From assembly GCA_951406725.2 (NCBI GenBank), contig OX597822.1, forward strand, positions 67,270,001-67,334,000: a DNA stretch of 64,000 nucleotides, given 5' to 3'. A program made the translations under genes and the position numbers. This document shows, piece after piece, positions 13,959-29,463 of the stretch. Below the pieces are notes generated by a model. The model worked only from the letters and a program-made list of their open reading frames with translations. It had not been told where the DNA came from and ran no database searches. The stretch is from Octopus vulgaris (taxonomy: Eukaryota). Position 1 is the stretch's first letter. Each line of letters starts with the position of its first letter.

Positions 13959-13983
13959 TATATATATATATATATATATAAAT

Positions 13984-14262
<279 letters not shown>

Positions 14263-16307
14263 GTGTGTGTGTGTGTGTGTCTGTGTGTGTGTACCCAGAA
14301 GCATACGTTCAAACACGTATAATACATACATTCATACATACAAGCCTATATTTCTATCTGTATGTTGCCTTGTAAGGGAAGATTGTCTATAGATATAGTT
14401 TGATGTAATTCAATGTTAGTAATTTGCTGATATCTGATATCTGTGCCTGGTGCTGGTAACACCTATACTTGACTTGGAATATATAAAAAAAAAATCTATA
14501 TCACAGACTATTGATTTATTTATTGCTATCTCTTCGAAATTGGAATGCGATTGATGACAGTTTCCTTCTTCGACTTTGTTTTTATATTCATTTTTATATC
14601 ATCATATTTTTGTATTTCCTGCGATTTTGTTGCTACTGCCGTTGTTGATGCCGTTTTCTTGTGTGTAATATGACATATAGGAATGACCGAAGCAGTGGGT
14701 AAAAGTAGAAAACCATAGCTGAAGCTCGATATTACATGAAGAAGCTTAAAATGTCACGTAGATGATAAACGGTAACAAAATTTTGTTAATCATCTTAATT
14801 ATCCTCTCTTGGACATTGTCTGCTATGATGTGTATGTTAGAACAGAACATGGTATCGTCACAATGCGCCATGATACCAATTTGTTACAACATTAATTCAA
14901 AATTGTATATAAAACCAGAACTGAGTAAAATATAATACAGCATATCACCAAATCATAAAGTAATATCGGTGAATATAATCTTGGAGTTTATATTGATTTT
15001 TCGTCAGTTGTAAGCTTTAGATGTTCAGGCAGACATAACGACGGAATATGAGATAAAGTAACAAGGAGAATATCTTTGTATGTCGCTCTGAACTACTCAA
15101 AATAGCAACCAGACGTCCTTCAAAATCTGACCCAACAGTTTTTAAAATATAAAGACAAATTAATAATTCTGTTATGGAGGTAAATATATTCTCGGAAATA
15201 AAATGAAATTGTCATTTCATAGCAGGATCGTCTTTAATAACAGTTCCCTCGAACTGGCTGTTAAATAATGAAATTCAGTCCAAGACTTTACTGTTCTGGC
15301 TGAGTCAGTAATGTTGTGATATGTCTGAGACCAAGATATCTGGCTTTTTACGGCCCAAAACATTTCGAGCTATAAGGCAGTGTATCGATACTACGCTCAG
15401 TTAATAAATACAGTGGTTGATAAAAATTTTAAAAAACTTGAGTTTTGTTTCAGTTTTGTTTAATTTTCCTATCTTCATTTAAAGCCAATTAGTCAACTGA
15501 CAACTCCATTCAGTAATGCTCAATCTGGACTTCTGTAGATTGATATCTGAAAGAAAAAGAAGTTTTATTAAACACTTGCAATTTTGGAAGAATAGACAAT
15601 GCAACAAAATTAGAATAGACTTTACAGTGCTAAACAGCAGAGATGACAATAAGGGAAAATTTTAGTGGATTGGGCCGGGTGTATGGTATATGCAGCAAGC
15701 ATTCTAATAGGGCATGAACTGTTATACTCATGCTAGAGTTTAGGTTATTCCACATTATTCCGTAAGGAGTATAGGATAATCTTCCTGGTTTCTCTGGCGT
15801 ATATATTCCTCCGTAGACAGGGAGCTGGTCTATAACAGGATTATTCATATATACAATTTGTGTGGACTAAGCAGAGCGAAATGAAATGTTTTGCTCAAAA
15901 CAACAGCACATCACCATTAGAGGTAATAGAATTAAATTACAGTTGGACACTTGGTATTTGTTAAGTTTGTTAGTGAGTAGAGAGTTGCTAATCACTCCGA
16001 GTAGCTTTGCTGTGATGAGGTTTAAAATGTATGTCCCTAGGTTACTTTAGCTAAATCTTTACTCTGACCAAGCAGATCCATGTGCAATTATAATCTAGCC
16101 TGGACTATTACTTTTCTTTTTTCAAATGTTTCTTTCCATATTTCAGGTTGCTTCAGTTGTTATTTATAATCACTCAGATCCCAATTTGTGGCCTCATCTG
16201 GAAAATATATCCAGAGCGGTAACGTGTAGTAGGGTAGCAGCATCAAATGTAACCAGGACTTTGCAGTGAAGCCATTCCATAAATTGTTGAAATGAGCATA
16301 GAGTAGT

Positions 16308-16517
16308 TACTCTTTATTAGTTTCAGTCATTTGACTGCGGCCATGCTGGAGTACCACCTTTAGTCGAGCAAATAGACCCCACGACTTATACTAGCACTTA
16401 TTCTATCGGTATCTTCTGCCGAACCGCTAAGTTACGGGGACGTAAAAAACACCAGCATCGGTTGTCAAGTGATACTGGGGGACAAACACAGACACACAAA
16501 CATATACACACACATAC

Positions 16518-16559
<42 letters not shown>

Positions 16560-16724
16560 TCATATACACGACGGGCTTCTTTCAGTTTCCGTCTACCAAA
16601 TCAACACACAAGGCTTTGGTCGGCCCGAGTCTATAGTAGAAGACGCTTGTCCAAGGTGCCATGTAGTAGGACTGAACCCAAAACCATATGGTTGGTAAGC
16701 AAGCTACTTACCTCATAGCCACTC
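16308..16724 (-). mobile_element. SINE family A
   Basis: Similarity to the other copies. Confidence 0.88.
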
Positions 16725-16862
16725 TAATTGTTTATTATAGTTAATAAAAACATCTTGTTTTGGCAGTATGTTATGCAGAAGAAAAATTGTAGCGTTTTGT
16801 TAAAAATACTTTTTGTTTTCGTGTAAAAATTTACAGAAACATATTATATATATTAAGTATAT

Positions 16863-17072
16863 ATTGGTTTCAAATTTTGGCACGAGGCCAGCAATTTTAG
16901 TGGGGGGTGATTAAGTCGATTACAGCTGTGTTCAACTGGTACTTATATTATCGACCCTGATGAAAGGTAAAGCCAACCCCGGTCAATTTTGAACTAAAAA
17001 TGAAAAGACGGACGAAATGCCATTAAGCATTCGCCTCGAGTTGCTAACAGTTATTCCAGCTCGCAACCTAAT
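16863..17072 (-). mobile_element. older SINE family B-related copy
   Basis: GTCGAT...GGTACTTATATTATCGACCC...TTTGAACT central domain; TATTGGTTTCAAATTTTGGCAC tail variant. Confidence 0.7.
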
Positions 17073-17876
17073 ATATTTTGTGTATATTACTAGTCATTTG
17101 TTTGGCAGAGTGCGTTATTTAGAATAAAAACTTATTTAAGTTTGATCGTGTTCAACCATTTTGATGACTCTAAATCACTTGTCTACAGGGCATAATACAT
17201 AACAAAAGGCAGAAACATTAAAATTACAAACGAAAAAAAAAATTTGAGTTTTCGACCATAATTAATACTGAAAATTATGTGTCGTCTACTCACGTCTATA
17301 ATGTGCATAACATTGTTCATATTGGTCATGTTCCAATTAGTTTGCGAAAGGTGCATTGAAATTCCAACAATTTGTTGTATGTTTTAAGCATTAAAATGTG
17401 CCCCTACCACTGTAGAGGTAAACTAACAACGAACAAATAACTCCAGCAGAACATCGATCATCTATGGAAAACATTTCACTTCAGTTGACTTGATAGAAAA
17501 AAAAAATCAATGTTTGCTTGTTTTTATAACTCTCACTATAGAGTCCATCGATAAGGTTTCTATAAGTCAAGGCTAATAGTAAATTATTCTATCAATTCTT
17601 TTCGGTCATTGGCGAGCAGTAACACTGGGTCACCAACATGAAGCATTTAGTCAAACAAATCGACCCTAGAATTTATGGTTTTTAGCTCTAGCACTTTTAT
17701 TACTTTCAGTGTCTTTTGCTCAATCGGTAATTTACTGGGATGCAAGGAAACCAACACCGGTTGTCAAGTCTTGTGGTCAATCACGAGATCATGCACGCAC
17801 GTGCAAACATACACGCCCATATACATACATATATATATTGCATATACTCCTATATACATACACACACACATATATA

Positions 17877-19137
17877 TTAGGTTGGCTACTAAGTTCCCGC
17901 CGTCTTTTTTAATTTAATTTTTTTTAAAGTTTAATAATAAATAACTAATTAATCAATAATGTATTCACCCTTGTTGTTTACAACTTCTTTCCAGCGTTCA
18001 ACAAGATTTTCAGTACCACGCTAATAGAAACCACCCGATTTCGACTTGGAAAATTGATCCAACCAAGCTCTCAATTCTGCATCAGTATTGAACGAATCTC
18101 TGTGCATAGCATTTGAAAGAGATCGAAAGATATGAAAATCCGCTCGTACCAAATCAGGAGAGTACGCCGGGTGTGACAGTACTTTCCAGCCATGTGTTTC
18201 AATGGCTTCCTTGGTCATATTGGCGATATGAGTGCGGGCGTTGTCGTGCAGCAGAACTCCATGCTACCGATTAGGCCTTTTCTTTCGAACAGCCGTGTTG
18301 AGTCGTTCCATCTTTTGAACATAGAGTTACGCGTTGACCGTTAGGTTCCGTTCAAGCAATTCGCAATGGATAATCCCTTCCAAGTCCCACCATACGCACA
18401 ACATCGTTTTACGCGGATGAAGAACTTGTTTCACGCGCGGTGTCGCTTGTTTATATCATATTGATGTACAGGTACCATTTTCGTCGCCAGTACTGATTCG
18501 ATAAAAAAATCGTTGCTTGTGTCCATGAGTTGGGCGTTGACGAGCAAGCAAACCAGCAGAGGTTATGACTCGTTGATCTTTGTTATTGTCACATAAAGCA
18601 TGCGGAACCCATGCTCCATACTTCTGAACCTTTCCCATCGAGTGAAGATGCTTCTCTATAGCAGTGTGGGAGCATTCCATTTTCTCAGCCAGTTCCTTTG
18701 TCGTTTGATGAGAATTTTCGTGTAAAAGTTGGTGTAATCGCTCTTCATCGAACTCAACTGGATGGCCAAAACGAGGTGCGTCTTTGAGGTCAAAATTTCC
18801 ATTTTTGAACTTGGCATACCAATCACGAGTGGTTCTTTCAGCAATGGCACCCTCTCCATACACAGCAAAAATGTCGCGAGCAACTTTTGCAGCCTTAGAA
18901 CCTTGATTAAAAACAAAAATAAGGTGTCGAAAATGCTCGTTTTTCTTAACTTGACATTCCATTATAATGATCTGAAAATAGACAAAAATTATCTAAAATT
19001 AACTAGAAAAAACAAAAACAAAACAAATTCCAAAATGATTCAAAAATAGAATTCTCGAAAAAAATAGACTCCAAAATTTAAAAACGCAATAAATTCCAAA
19101 ATTTAATAAAACGGCATCAACTTAGTTGCCAACCTAA
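17877..19137 (-). mobile_element. near full-length mariner transposon
   Basis: TIRs TTAGGTTGGCTACTAAGTT / AACTTAGTTGCCAACCTAA, TA on the left; sits in the internal microsatellite of an old family A SINE. Confidence 0.92.
17950..18962 (-). pseudogene. mariner (DD34D-type) transposase pseudogene
   Basis: MECQVKKNEHFRH...WVPHAL...STGDE, LLHDNARTH and HPAYSPDLVRADFHIF motifs across broken frames (frameshifts/stops). Confidence 0.9.
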
Positions 19138-19719
19138 CATATATATATATATATATATACGCGAGGGGCTTCTGCAGACTTTGACAACTTTACTCACGAA
19201 CCATTGGTTGATCCAGGTCTATAATCGAAAGTACATGTACTCAGGATGAAACACGAAACCACGTGGTTAAGAAGCTAGCTTCGTAACTACGTAATTATGC
19301 ATTATTTTTTTTTTTACTTTCCTCTAATGTCTCTTTGAAATCAATTATTGTTCTAACGTACCGCAAATGTCATCGTCACCATATTATTTCGCCTATGCAA
19401 GAAATCGATATCATTTTATTATATGTGGCGAAACAGTTTTGGATTCCGTGATTGAGGAGTTATATAACCATTTGGTATGATAATATCCTTAAGTACGATA
19501 AACGCCAGCTGTGTATATTTTTTTTTCTCTTAAATAGTCAAGCGTTGCTATAAAATAACTTTGGATCTTCTCAGAGAAAAAGAAAACTTCAGTTATATTA
19601 TGTAAGCAGAAATATGGTAAAACAGTATATTCCGTCTGGGTCGATGTAATCGATTTAAGCGCTACTTCGAAATTGCTAACCTTATGCCAAACTTTCAAAA
19701 TTTTAACAAATATAATATT

Positions 19720-20520
19720 CTTTTCTGCTCAAGGCACAAGGCCTGATATTTGGCGGGAGTGGGCCAGACGATTAGATCGACTCCAGTACACAAAGGGTAC
19801 TTAATTTATCGACTCCGTAAGGATGAAAAAAGAAAGTCGACCTTGGTGGAATTTGAACACAGAACATAAAGACAGACGAAATACTGCCCACAAGGGGCTA
19901 CACACAAAGAGGACAAACAAGGACAGACAAACGGATAAAGTCGATTATATCGACCCCAGTGCGTAACTGGTACTTATTTAATCTACCCCGAAAGTATGAA
20001 AGGCAAAGTCGACCTCAGCGGAATTTGAACTCAGAACATAGCGACAAACGAAATACCGCTAATCATTTCGCCCGGCGTGCTAACGTTTCTGCCAGCTCGT
20101 CGCCTTGTAACCAATATAATATGCTTTTCTAGTCTAGGCACAAGAACCAAAATTTTTCGGGAGGGGTCCAGTTGATTAGATCAATCCCAGTTCGCAACTT
20201 AGACTTATTTTATCGACCCCAAAAGGATGACTGGCAAAGATGACCTTGGCTGAATTGAAACTCATAACCTAAAGGCAGACGAAATTCCTATTTCCTTACT
20301 ACCCACAAGGGGCTAAACACAGAGAGGACAAACAAGGATGGACAAACGGATTAAGACGATTATATCGACCCAGTGCGTAACTCGTACTTATTTAATCTAC
20401 CCCGAAAGAATGAAAGTCAAAGTCGACCTCGGCGGAATTTGAACTCAGAACGTAACGGCAGATGAAATACGGCTACGCATTTCGCCCAGAGTGCTAACGT
20501 TTCTGCCAGCTCGCTGCCTT
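19720..20520 (-). mobile_element. two adjacent composite family B SINE dimers
   Basis: Two ~400-bp units, each a B copy joined to a variant body; (G/T)TAAC(C/A)AATAT(A/G)ATAT repeated at about 19703, 20107 and 20521. Confidence 0.8.
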
Positions 20521-20544
20521 GTAACCAATATGATATAGTATGAT

Positions 20545-20980
20545 AAAAATCGTTAGCACACTAGGCAAAATGCTTAGCAGCATTTCGTCCATCTCTACTT
20601 TCTGTGTTCAAATTCTGCCGAGGTTAACTTTCCCTTTCATCCTTCCGGAGTCGATATATTAAGTACCAATTGAGCACTTGGGTTGATGAAATTGATTTTC
20701 CTGTTCCCTGAAATTGATGGCTTTGTGCTAAAATATGAAACCTATACAATATAATTAAATCGCGGGCTAACAGAATCGTTTGCATGCCGGACGAAATACT
20801 TAGTGTCATTTCGTCCGTCTTCACCCTCTGAGTTCAAATTCTGCCGAAGTCGACGTTTCTTTTCATCCTATTGTGGGCCATAAAATAAGTAAGTGTTGAG
20901 CACTGGGGACGACGAAATTTATCTGCTCTCACTCCGACCCCGCGAAATTGCTAGCTTTGTGCCAAAATATGAAACCAATA
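20545..20980 (+). mobile_element. two older SINE B-related copies
   Basis: AATCGTTAGCAC...GTTCAAATTCTGCCGA...AATATGAAACC(A/T)ATA pattern twice. Confidence 0.7.
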
Positions 20981-20982
20981 TA

Positions 20983-21712
<730 letters not shown>

Positions 21713-21754
21713 AATATAATTACAGCGAGTCGATAGCATGATTAATACCTTGTG

Positions 21755-22180
21755 CAGAGTGCTAAGAACATGTATCCGTCGTTACTTTCATATTTCTAAT
21801 TCCACAGAGGTCGACTTTACCTTTGATCCTTTCGGGGTCGATTAGATAAGTACCAGTTACGCACTGGAGTCGATATAACCTACTTAATCCCTTTGTCTGT
21901 CCTTCTTCGTCTCCTCTAAGCTTAGCTCCATGTGGGTAATAAAGAAATAAATATAATTAAATCAACGAATTGGTGAAATCTTTAGTTTGTTGTGCAGAGA
22001 TCTAAGAACATGTGTCCACCGTTGTGTTCTGAGTTCAAATTCCGCCAAAGTCGACTTTAACTTTAATTGTTTTTGTTTCGATAAAATAATTACCTGTTGA
22101 GCACTGGGGTCAAGAAAATCGTTTTTCACACAACCCCCAAAAATTGCAGGCCTTGTGCCAAAGTTTGAAACCAATATAAT
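21755..22180 (+). mobile_element. two SINE B-related copies
   Basis: GTCGACTTT...GTCGAT...AGTACC domain twice; TTGTGCAGAG duplicated at both starts. Confidence 0.7.
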
Positions 22181-22861
22181 ATAAGAAGTGAAGACGGAAA
22201 TTTCCATTCACAGGGAATTTATTTCTGAGTATAATTCAGATTTTATACATTAAGGATGTTAGTCGTTAAATTCTACGATACTTTTGCAAATAAGAACTAT
22301 TCGGAAAGCAATAAATTGGCACCTATTATTCATAGAGACCAATTTGACTAAATACCAGGATGTCATGAGTAATTCCAGTATGCGCTTAATTTAGAAACAT
22401 AGTTATGCTATATTTCTCATTGAATTATGTTTTTATAAAAAAAATCTTGAAATATTCAAAAGGAAATTGATGAGAATTAAAATCAGTAATTCAATTCATT
22501 GGAAATACAATACCAAATCCATAACCGTAGACATTCCCAAAGGCACCCATATTTGTAAAGACACATACACGCATACATACATACATACATACATACATAC
22601 ATACATACATACATACATACATACATACATACATACAACCGTAAGAATGTATATGTGTGTTCTCCTATGTGCGTATGTATGTGCATGTATATGTGTGTAT
22701 ATATACTCATATATATATTTATATGCACACACACACGCACTCACACACACATATATATATATATATGCATATATCTCTCTCTATATATCATGTTTGTGTA
22801 CATATATATATATATATTTGTATATATATATATATATGCATACACATACACACATATATAT

Positions 22862-22925
<64 letters not shown>

Positions 22926-23065
22926 ATTCATACACACACACATACCGAAAATTTTAGTCAAGCAAATGTACAGATGCCGACGCACAAAAGAATTGGTAAG
23001 TATGATTGTGTGTGTTTGTGTGTGTGTGTACATACATACATTCATGCATCTACATTGATAGCTAC

Positions 23066-23127
<62 letters not shown>

Positions 23128-24259
23128 GTATATGTATGTATAGCAAATTTACGTTCATACACAACGGACAAATACACGCTCATAGAATTATTTGCTTTTA
23201 AAATGTATATGGTAACGCCGTTACATTATTAGAGATATACAAATGTTAAGAAGTATACTTATATATATATACCTTTAGTGTATAATTCCCAACTGTTTAA
23301 TGTACAGTCGTCCGCATGCACACAAGCACAAACAGACACAAACAGACAGATACGCTCTCATTCAAGGCAATCACTATCATAACGAGAAAGCTAACACTAA
23401 GGCATATACAAATACACATCAATCACTAATGGGATAAAACATAAGATTGGATACGCGAACAAACATACTCTTTCGATAGAAAAACAAAAAAAAAATATTA
23501 CAAAGAGAATCGCGAATACATTTCTACAACACACACACACACACACACACACACAATGAAGTTCACACGTAATTCTCTAAATCATACAAAGAATAGCAGA
23601 ACCAATTATTATTATACATATAGCGAAATACTTCACAAACCTAAAAATATAGAATGCCATTACTGTGTAATACTTCGCGTAAACAATGAGAAGTTTGAAA
23701 GCCTGTATTCATAATGAATAAATCATTATAGATTTCGCTTTTAAAAACAAGAGAAACACACTCGAAATAACATAAAACAACTGTAGGTGTATGGGATTTA
23801 ATAACAGTGTTCGGTAAGTGATCAAGTTAGTGTAACAGCAGAACCAATTCTGCTTGCACAATAACAGCCTGAAGATTACATGTTTCATACAGAAACTTAT
23901 ATGTTTTAGAATTGTAAGAGCGGCGGGGGGTTGATTTCAGGCGGTGGGGGTTTGGAAGTGGTTGATATTTTCACTGGCTTAATGATATTAAATAATCTCT
24001 ATTTATAGAGGGAAGGATGTTTTCAGGAGTGGGAGAGATAGAGATAGATATATAGTGAAAGAGAGAGAGAGAGAGATGGGGGAGAAAGACTCAAAGAGAA
24101 GAGAGATATACACACAGACAGATAGAAAGTGATACAGATAGTGAGGCAAACAGACAGAGAGAGAGAGAGAGAGAGAGAATCGGAAGAGAGAGATAGAAGT
24201 AGGGAGGGACTAATACAAATAAAAGATAACAATTGCTCTTGTGAAGAATCATACCAAGA

Positions 24260-24260
24260 T

Positions 24261-24343
<83 letters not shown>

Positions 24344-24520
24344 GGTGGTGGTGGTTTTGGGGTAGTGGTGGGGTATCGGTGGTGTTGGCAATAGCAACCC
24401 TAGTAGTAGTAATAGTTGTAGTGATGGTGGTGGTGGTGGTGGTGGTGGTGGTGGTGGTGGTGGTAGTGGTAGTGGCGGTGGTAACAGCAACCCTAGAAGT
24501 AGTAGCATTAGTAGTGGTAG
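24260..24520. repeat. (TAG)n/(TGG)n trinucleotide repeat complex
   Basis: Read directly; source of the poly-V/T/P/Y ORFs. Confidence 0.95.
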
Positions 24521-24539
24521 ATTTCATACAAAATCAAAT

Positions 24540-25500
24540 ACTATTTTCCACCGAAACAAAAATTCAAAACAACAGAAATATTCTTAACAAACAAAAACCA
24601 AAATTCCACCAAGTCTCCAGCTCTTCTCTTGGAAACACCACAGTAACCACGGACACTCTGATCACTCAGAGTGGGAACCCTCTCCAAACTGTCACTTTTC
24701 GATGTGCTCAGAGAAGGCCCTTTAACCCGGACCATACTCACCACGTTTATTCACCATTCAGCAAATTTGCTTCTATGTCAATTTCTCATTTCATGTGAAT
24801 TTGATGAGGGTTTAGCCAAAGATGACGGTATCCATCTTCAACCACTTTCAGTGTGGTCCACCATGCACCTTAGTTCCCTTGGGCTACCAAACAAATGCAA
24901 ACTAAGCAACTCTTCACGAGATATTTCTCTCATAACGGCAATTATCGGTGCCAAGTTGTGCATTTATGGAAATAATTCATAGGCTCCCTTCCCAAAAATT
25001 TGTCCGGAACAGACCAGTCAATTAATTCTTAGTCGATGCCCCGAGTTTCCCTAGAAAATCTAAACCTCTATAGCCAACGTCAAACTCCTACCTATTGCGT
25101 TGACCAACAAGCGAGCGCTTCGAGGGCTTGACAAAACTCCAGATGCCAAGGAGCCTGTTTCTATCTGAGAGCCCTTACATGCTTTCATGATTAGTTTTAG
25201 CCGATTGGTTCGTCGCTATGCCCGACAATTTTTGGTTTTTTACATCCTCTGAACTTGTCATATATAAGTTTTCCTTCTCTGTCGAGCAAAATAGATTCTG
25301 CTTGCAAGAAGATTTTAATTTCTACTGATAGTGAGACCACTTTATCTTGATGACTGCCCTCCTAAGGAAAGTCTGGAAAACAACCAGTTCGGCACTCTTT
25401 AAGCGTCTTACAAAATGCTTCCTAGCCTCCACCTTAAGTGTAAATCTCACTTCAAATCGGCTGAACTTTCTTCATTAAGCAACATAGAATTTGGCGAACC
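24540..25500 (-). pseudogene. degenerate 3' end of an L1/Tx1-type LINE ORF2
   Basis: Broken minus-strand translation gives WWTTLK..KMDT...LIKFHMK...KFAEW*INVVSMVRVKG, resembling the C-terminus of Tx1-like ORF2 as I recall it; higher GC than flanks. Confidence 0.5.
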
Positions 25501-25944
25501 CATATTTGCTTAAGACACTTCTCAGATCGCTTTGTCCACTTATCAGAACTTCATTACTATGCGCTAATGTTTAATACACTATTTTGTGGGTCATTGATTT
25601 GTGGTAGTATACTTAAAAACACGTTCCTCTGCAACCTTTTATATAGTATATCACGCATGCGCTGTTAGTTAGCAACAACATTTCCCCACTGCGATATTAA
25701 TACTGAACTTCCCTGTTTATCGAACATGAGGAGTACCGCAGATGGATTCTTCAACCCTTATATGAAATACTGTGGTAAAGGTCATATTATTACATTGCTA
25801 AAACTTGACATATGATCACTCACACTCGCGCGAGCATATTGCTTTTCACTTACTGAATATATCCATATACACATATATAAATGCATATATATATATTATA
25901 GCCGAATGTACACACTTGCACACACGCACACACATATATACATG

Positions 25945-26436
25945 CAAGGTCTGATCGGAAAGTACCGGGTAACAGAGGTAAAGTATGCGGAGTTAAGCAG
26001 CTTGCTATCGATTTCCCTTGAGCACTGTAGCGCATGTGCAATACGTTAAAACGTTCTCTATCATTTTGGTTGTTTATAATAGTGCTTGGAAGTAAAGAGT
26101 GTGGTTGTCTCAAAAATCAGATCGGGTTTCAGCTATGCAGGGTCTCCTTGATCGTATCGAGGAAGAAGAAAACTTTTTAAAAACGGTTATAACAGATAAC
26201 ACACCGTAGGTGTGTGGTTATGATCCCGAAGCCAAGGCTTGAAAGCTATCCCACTTGAAAGGGTGAATAATTCAAAACATCGAGGAAATCCCAGACAATG
26301 CGGTGAATGTTTCCATCAATGGAAACGACACTGGATAAAGTGTGCGCCTTCAGAAGAGGGACTGCTTCCAAGTAGACTTAATGCTGGAATTGTCTTTTTA
26401 TAACATCATTCTCGATACTTATTGATCAGAACATCG
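25945..26436 (+). mobile_element. old internally deleted mariner
   Basis: TIR-like CAAGGTCTGATCGGAAAGTACC / GATACTTATTGATCAGAACATCG; remnants FLKTVITD...GYDPEAK and FHQWKRHWIKC. Confidence 0.65.
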
Positions 26437-26492
26437 ACACACACACACACACACACACACATATGTATGTTTGTGTGCGTGTGTGTGTGTGT

Positions 26493-26563
<71 letters not shown>

Positions 26564-26565
26564 GT

Positions 26566-26880
26566 GAGGGCGCGTGGCTCAGTGGTTACGGCATTTAACT
26601 CATGATTGTAAAGTTGTGAGTTCGATTCCCTGCGACGCGTTGTGTCCTTGAGCAAGACATATTATTTCCCGTTGCTCCAGTCCACTCAGCTGCCAAAAAT
26701 GAGTAGTACCTGTATTTCAAAGGGCCAGCCTTGTCACATTCTGTGTCACGCTGAATACCCTTGCGAACTACATTAAGGGTACACGTGTGTGGAATGCTCA
26801 CCCACTTGCACGTTAATTTCACGAGCAAGCTGTTCCGTTGATCGCATCAGCTGCTACCCTCGTTGTCGTAACCGACGGTG
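26566..26880 (+). mobile_element. SINE family C
   Basis: GGGCGCGTGGCTCAGTGGTTA (box A), GAGTTCGATTCCC (box B), GTGTCCTTGAGCAAGACA core-like segment. Confidence 0.88.
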
Positions 26881-26882
26881 TA

Positions 26883-26939
<57 letters not shown>

Positions 26940-28619
26940 CATGCATATATATACATACATACATGTATATATATATATACATATACGGACTTAGGTATAG
27001 TTATAACGCGAGTGATACATACTACGATACCAATTGAAATTTGTATTTTATTAAATATGATGATTTTATTTTGCTTTCACTCAAGTACGTTTATTTATAT
27101 TAATTATATTTAAAAGATTAGCAAATCCCTAGCGACAATATCGTAGCTATTTTGATAATTGATTTATCTTTATGATTCAGTTTTAATTCCCAAACTGTGC
27201 AGCAGAGGTTCTCTTGGGTGTCTATGCAATATAAATAATCGCCTTTTTAAACTGTTCTAAAACGTCATGTAATCCTTTCTCAACTATTGCTCTCAAAATG
27301 TGCATTTACTTAATGAACGATTCGCCCTGCATTCTACGAAGACCAGTTATTATGTTCACGTTATTAATTTTGCACTTTCTAATTCTGTTCACTTCTAGTT
27401 CAATTCTTTACAATGAAATACGATAAGGGCGCTGTTAATGCGTTGAGAGCAATAATAATATTCTCATAATCAACTCCATTTTTTTAAATGTGTTTGCTCA
27501 TTCTAGCAAATTACACCTTCACTTGCTTTGATGCCCCCCAAAATTCTTCGGAATAATTATTTTGCTGATGTGATATTTCCTCTACATAAAGGTGTTGTTC
27601 TTCATTTCACCAATCCTGTCATTAAATAATAAATATAAATTGTTCAGAAATTGCAACAAATTATTAATCTTTACGAAATGAAAAGCGTGTTTCAGGCAAA
27701 GTCCTTCAACTCCCAACTTTCCGTACTTGTGACGTTCATCCCAGAAAATGATACCATGCTAGCAGTGGTTTCTTTGCATTTGAAAACATTCCACAGCTAT
27801 CGCTGAGATTTATAAGGCTTACATTTTTGAATTTGATAAAAAAAAAAAAAGAATCATCGCATCCTTTTGCTTGTGGAGTTTCTCCTTAATTCAGCCCTTA
27901 TGTCACAGACCTATCATCTTGCTAATGTAACTATGGCCACCTCAGCTTTTCACTCTATGCAGTAGCTGCACTGCCTATGCAACCTTTCTATTTATTTCTT
28001 GATAAGGCAAATTTTAATGGTTGTTTGTTCTGGTAAGTCCATCAGCCACGTTGAGCATCTCCCGACCTATATATGAACGAATGCTGTTCATCTACGTAGG
28101 TCAAGAGCATCAGATATACTAATTCATAAAAGTACAATAATCTTGTGTGAACGCCCCTATGCAATATTATATTACTGTTGAAGAAAGCACACTGACGTAA
28201 AACAAAAAAAACTGTAGGGAAATATTTACCATATGAATTTTCTAGTGTATTATTCTGATGAAGTCCATTAAAACAATTAGGAATATTTAAATTACGCTTC
28301 GATTATGAGCGATATTATTAATATAATTTTTTACAGGCAGTTAAGTGTTCAACCCACAAGCAAAATACTATTGGGTTACTCGTTATAGATGTTTACGTTT
28401 TGAGTTCAAACACGACCGACGTCAGATTTAGTTTGTTGATCATTTCAAGTACCAGTCGAGAATTACTATCGATCTCCGCTTCACTAAGCAGTGACTTTGT
28501 GTTAGAAATCAATATTAATATTGTAAATTAATGGTAAATTAATGTATATTAATGGTGTTGTTATTTGTCGAAGACGTTGTTGTCGTTATAGTTCCTCTCG
28601 TCATTTTGATAGATGTAAA

Positions 28620-28820
28620 ATTAAGCTGCGCGCTGGCAGAATCTTTAACATGCCGGACAAAATGCTGCTAAGCTCAAATTCCGCCGGGGTGGACTTTGCC
28701 TTTCATCCTTTCGGAGTCAGTGAAATAAGTACCAGTTGAACACAGTATTCAATGTAATAGACTAGAGCCCCCACCCCACTAAAATGTCAGGCCTTGAGCG
28801 TATGGTAGGAATGATTATGA
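28620..28820 (+). mobile_element. older SINE B-related copy
   Basis: GCTGGCAGAATC...CAAATTCCGCCGGGGTGGACTTTGCCTTTCATCC. Confidence 0.7.
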
Positions 28821-28891
28821 TAGTCACAAAATGAGCAACATTCCCTACCAGTTTATCATATAATGTACACAATATAAATATAAACATAATA

Positions 28892-29463
28892 TTGGGTTGT
28901 TCGGAAGGTTCGTGCCGATTTATAATAGCTTACGTTTCGACTTATTTTATAACATGGTTGACTCCATAAAATAGGATTTGACTACACCTCCATTTAGAGC
29001 ACATTTTAAGCTATTTTTCGTAGAAGAAGGTTTATGTTCCTATAACATGTGTTAATTCTGTAATCCTTGAAAATGGAAGATAAGAAAGCTCATTTTAGGC
29101 ACTTGATGCTTTGGGAACCAGACAAAAATTGCAGCAGCTCGGCTGGGATGTGTTACTACACCCTCCATATTCACCAGATATTGCTCCTTCGGATTTCCAC
29201 TTATTCAGGTCTCTGCAGAATAATCTTAATGGTAAAAATTTCAATTCCTTGGATGACGTAAAAAGATACCTTGATGAATTCCTTGCCATGAAACCACCTC
29301 AATTCTGGGAAGAGGGTATTTTCAAGTTAAAGGAAAGATGGAGACGCATTGTGCAACAAAATGGTTCATATTTGGTTGATTAAAAATGTAATGGCAAATA
29401 TTTATAGACCTTTTTTTCTTGCCTTTAAAAATCGGCACGAATTTTCTGGACAGCCCAGCCCAA
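28892..29463 (+). mobile_element. internally deleted non-autonomous mariner (same family as 11440-12006)
   Basis: TA-flanked TIRs TTGGGTTGTTCGGAAGGTTCGTGCCGATTT; same ATGCTTTGG/GAACCAGAC junction; C-terminal frame HPPYSPDIAPSDFHLFRSLQN. Confidence 0.92.

Noticed and set aside
24023-24798. Poly-Pro/Thr/Val/Tyr ORFs resembling mucin or extensin
   Set aside because: Trinucleotide repeats open on both strands; no exon context
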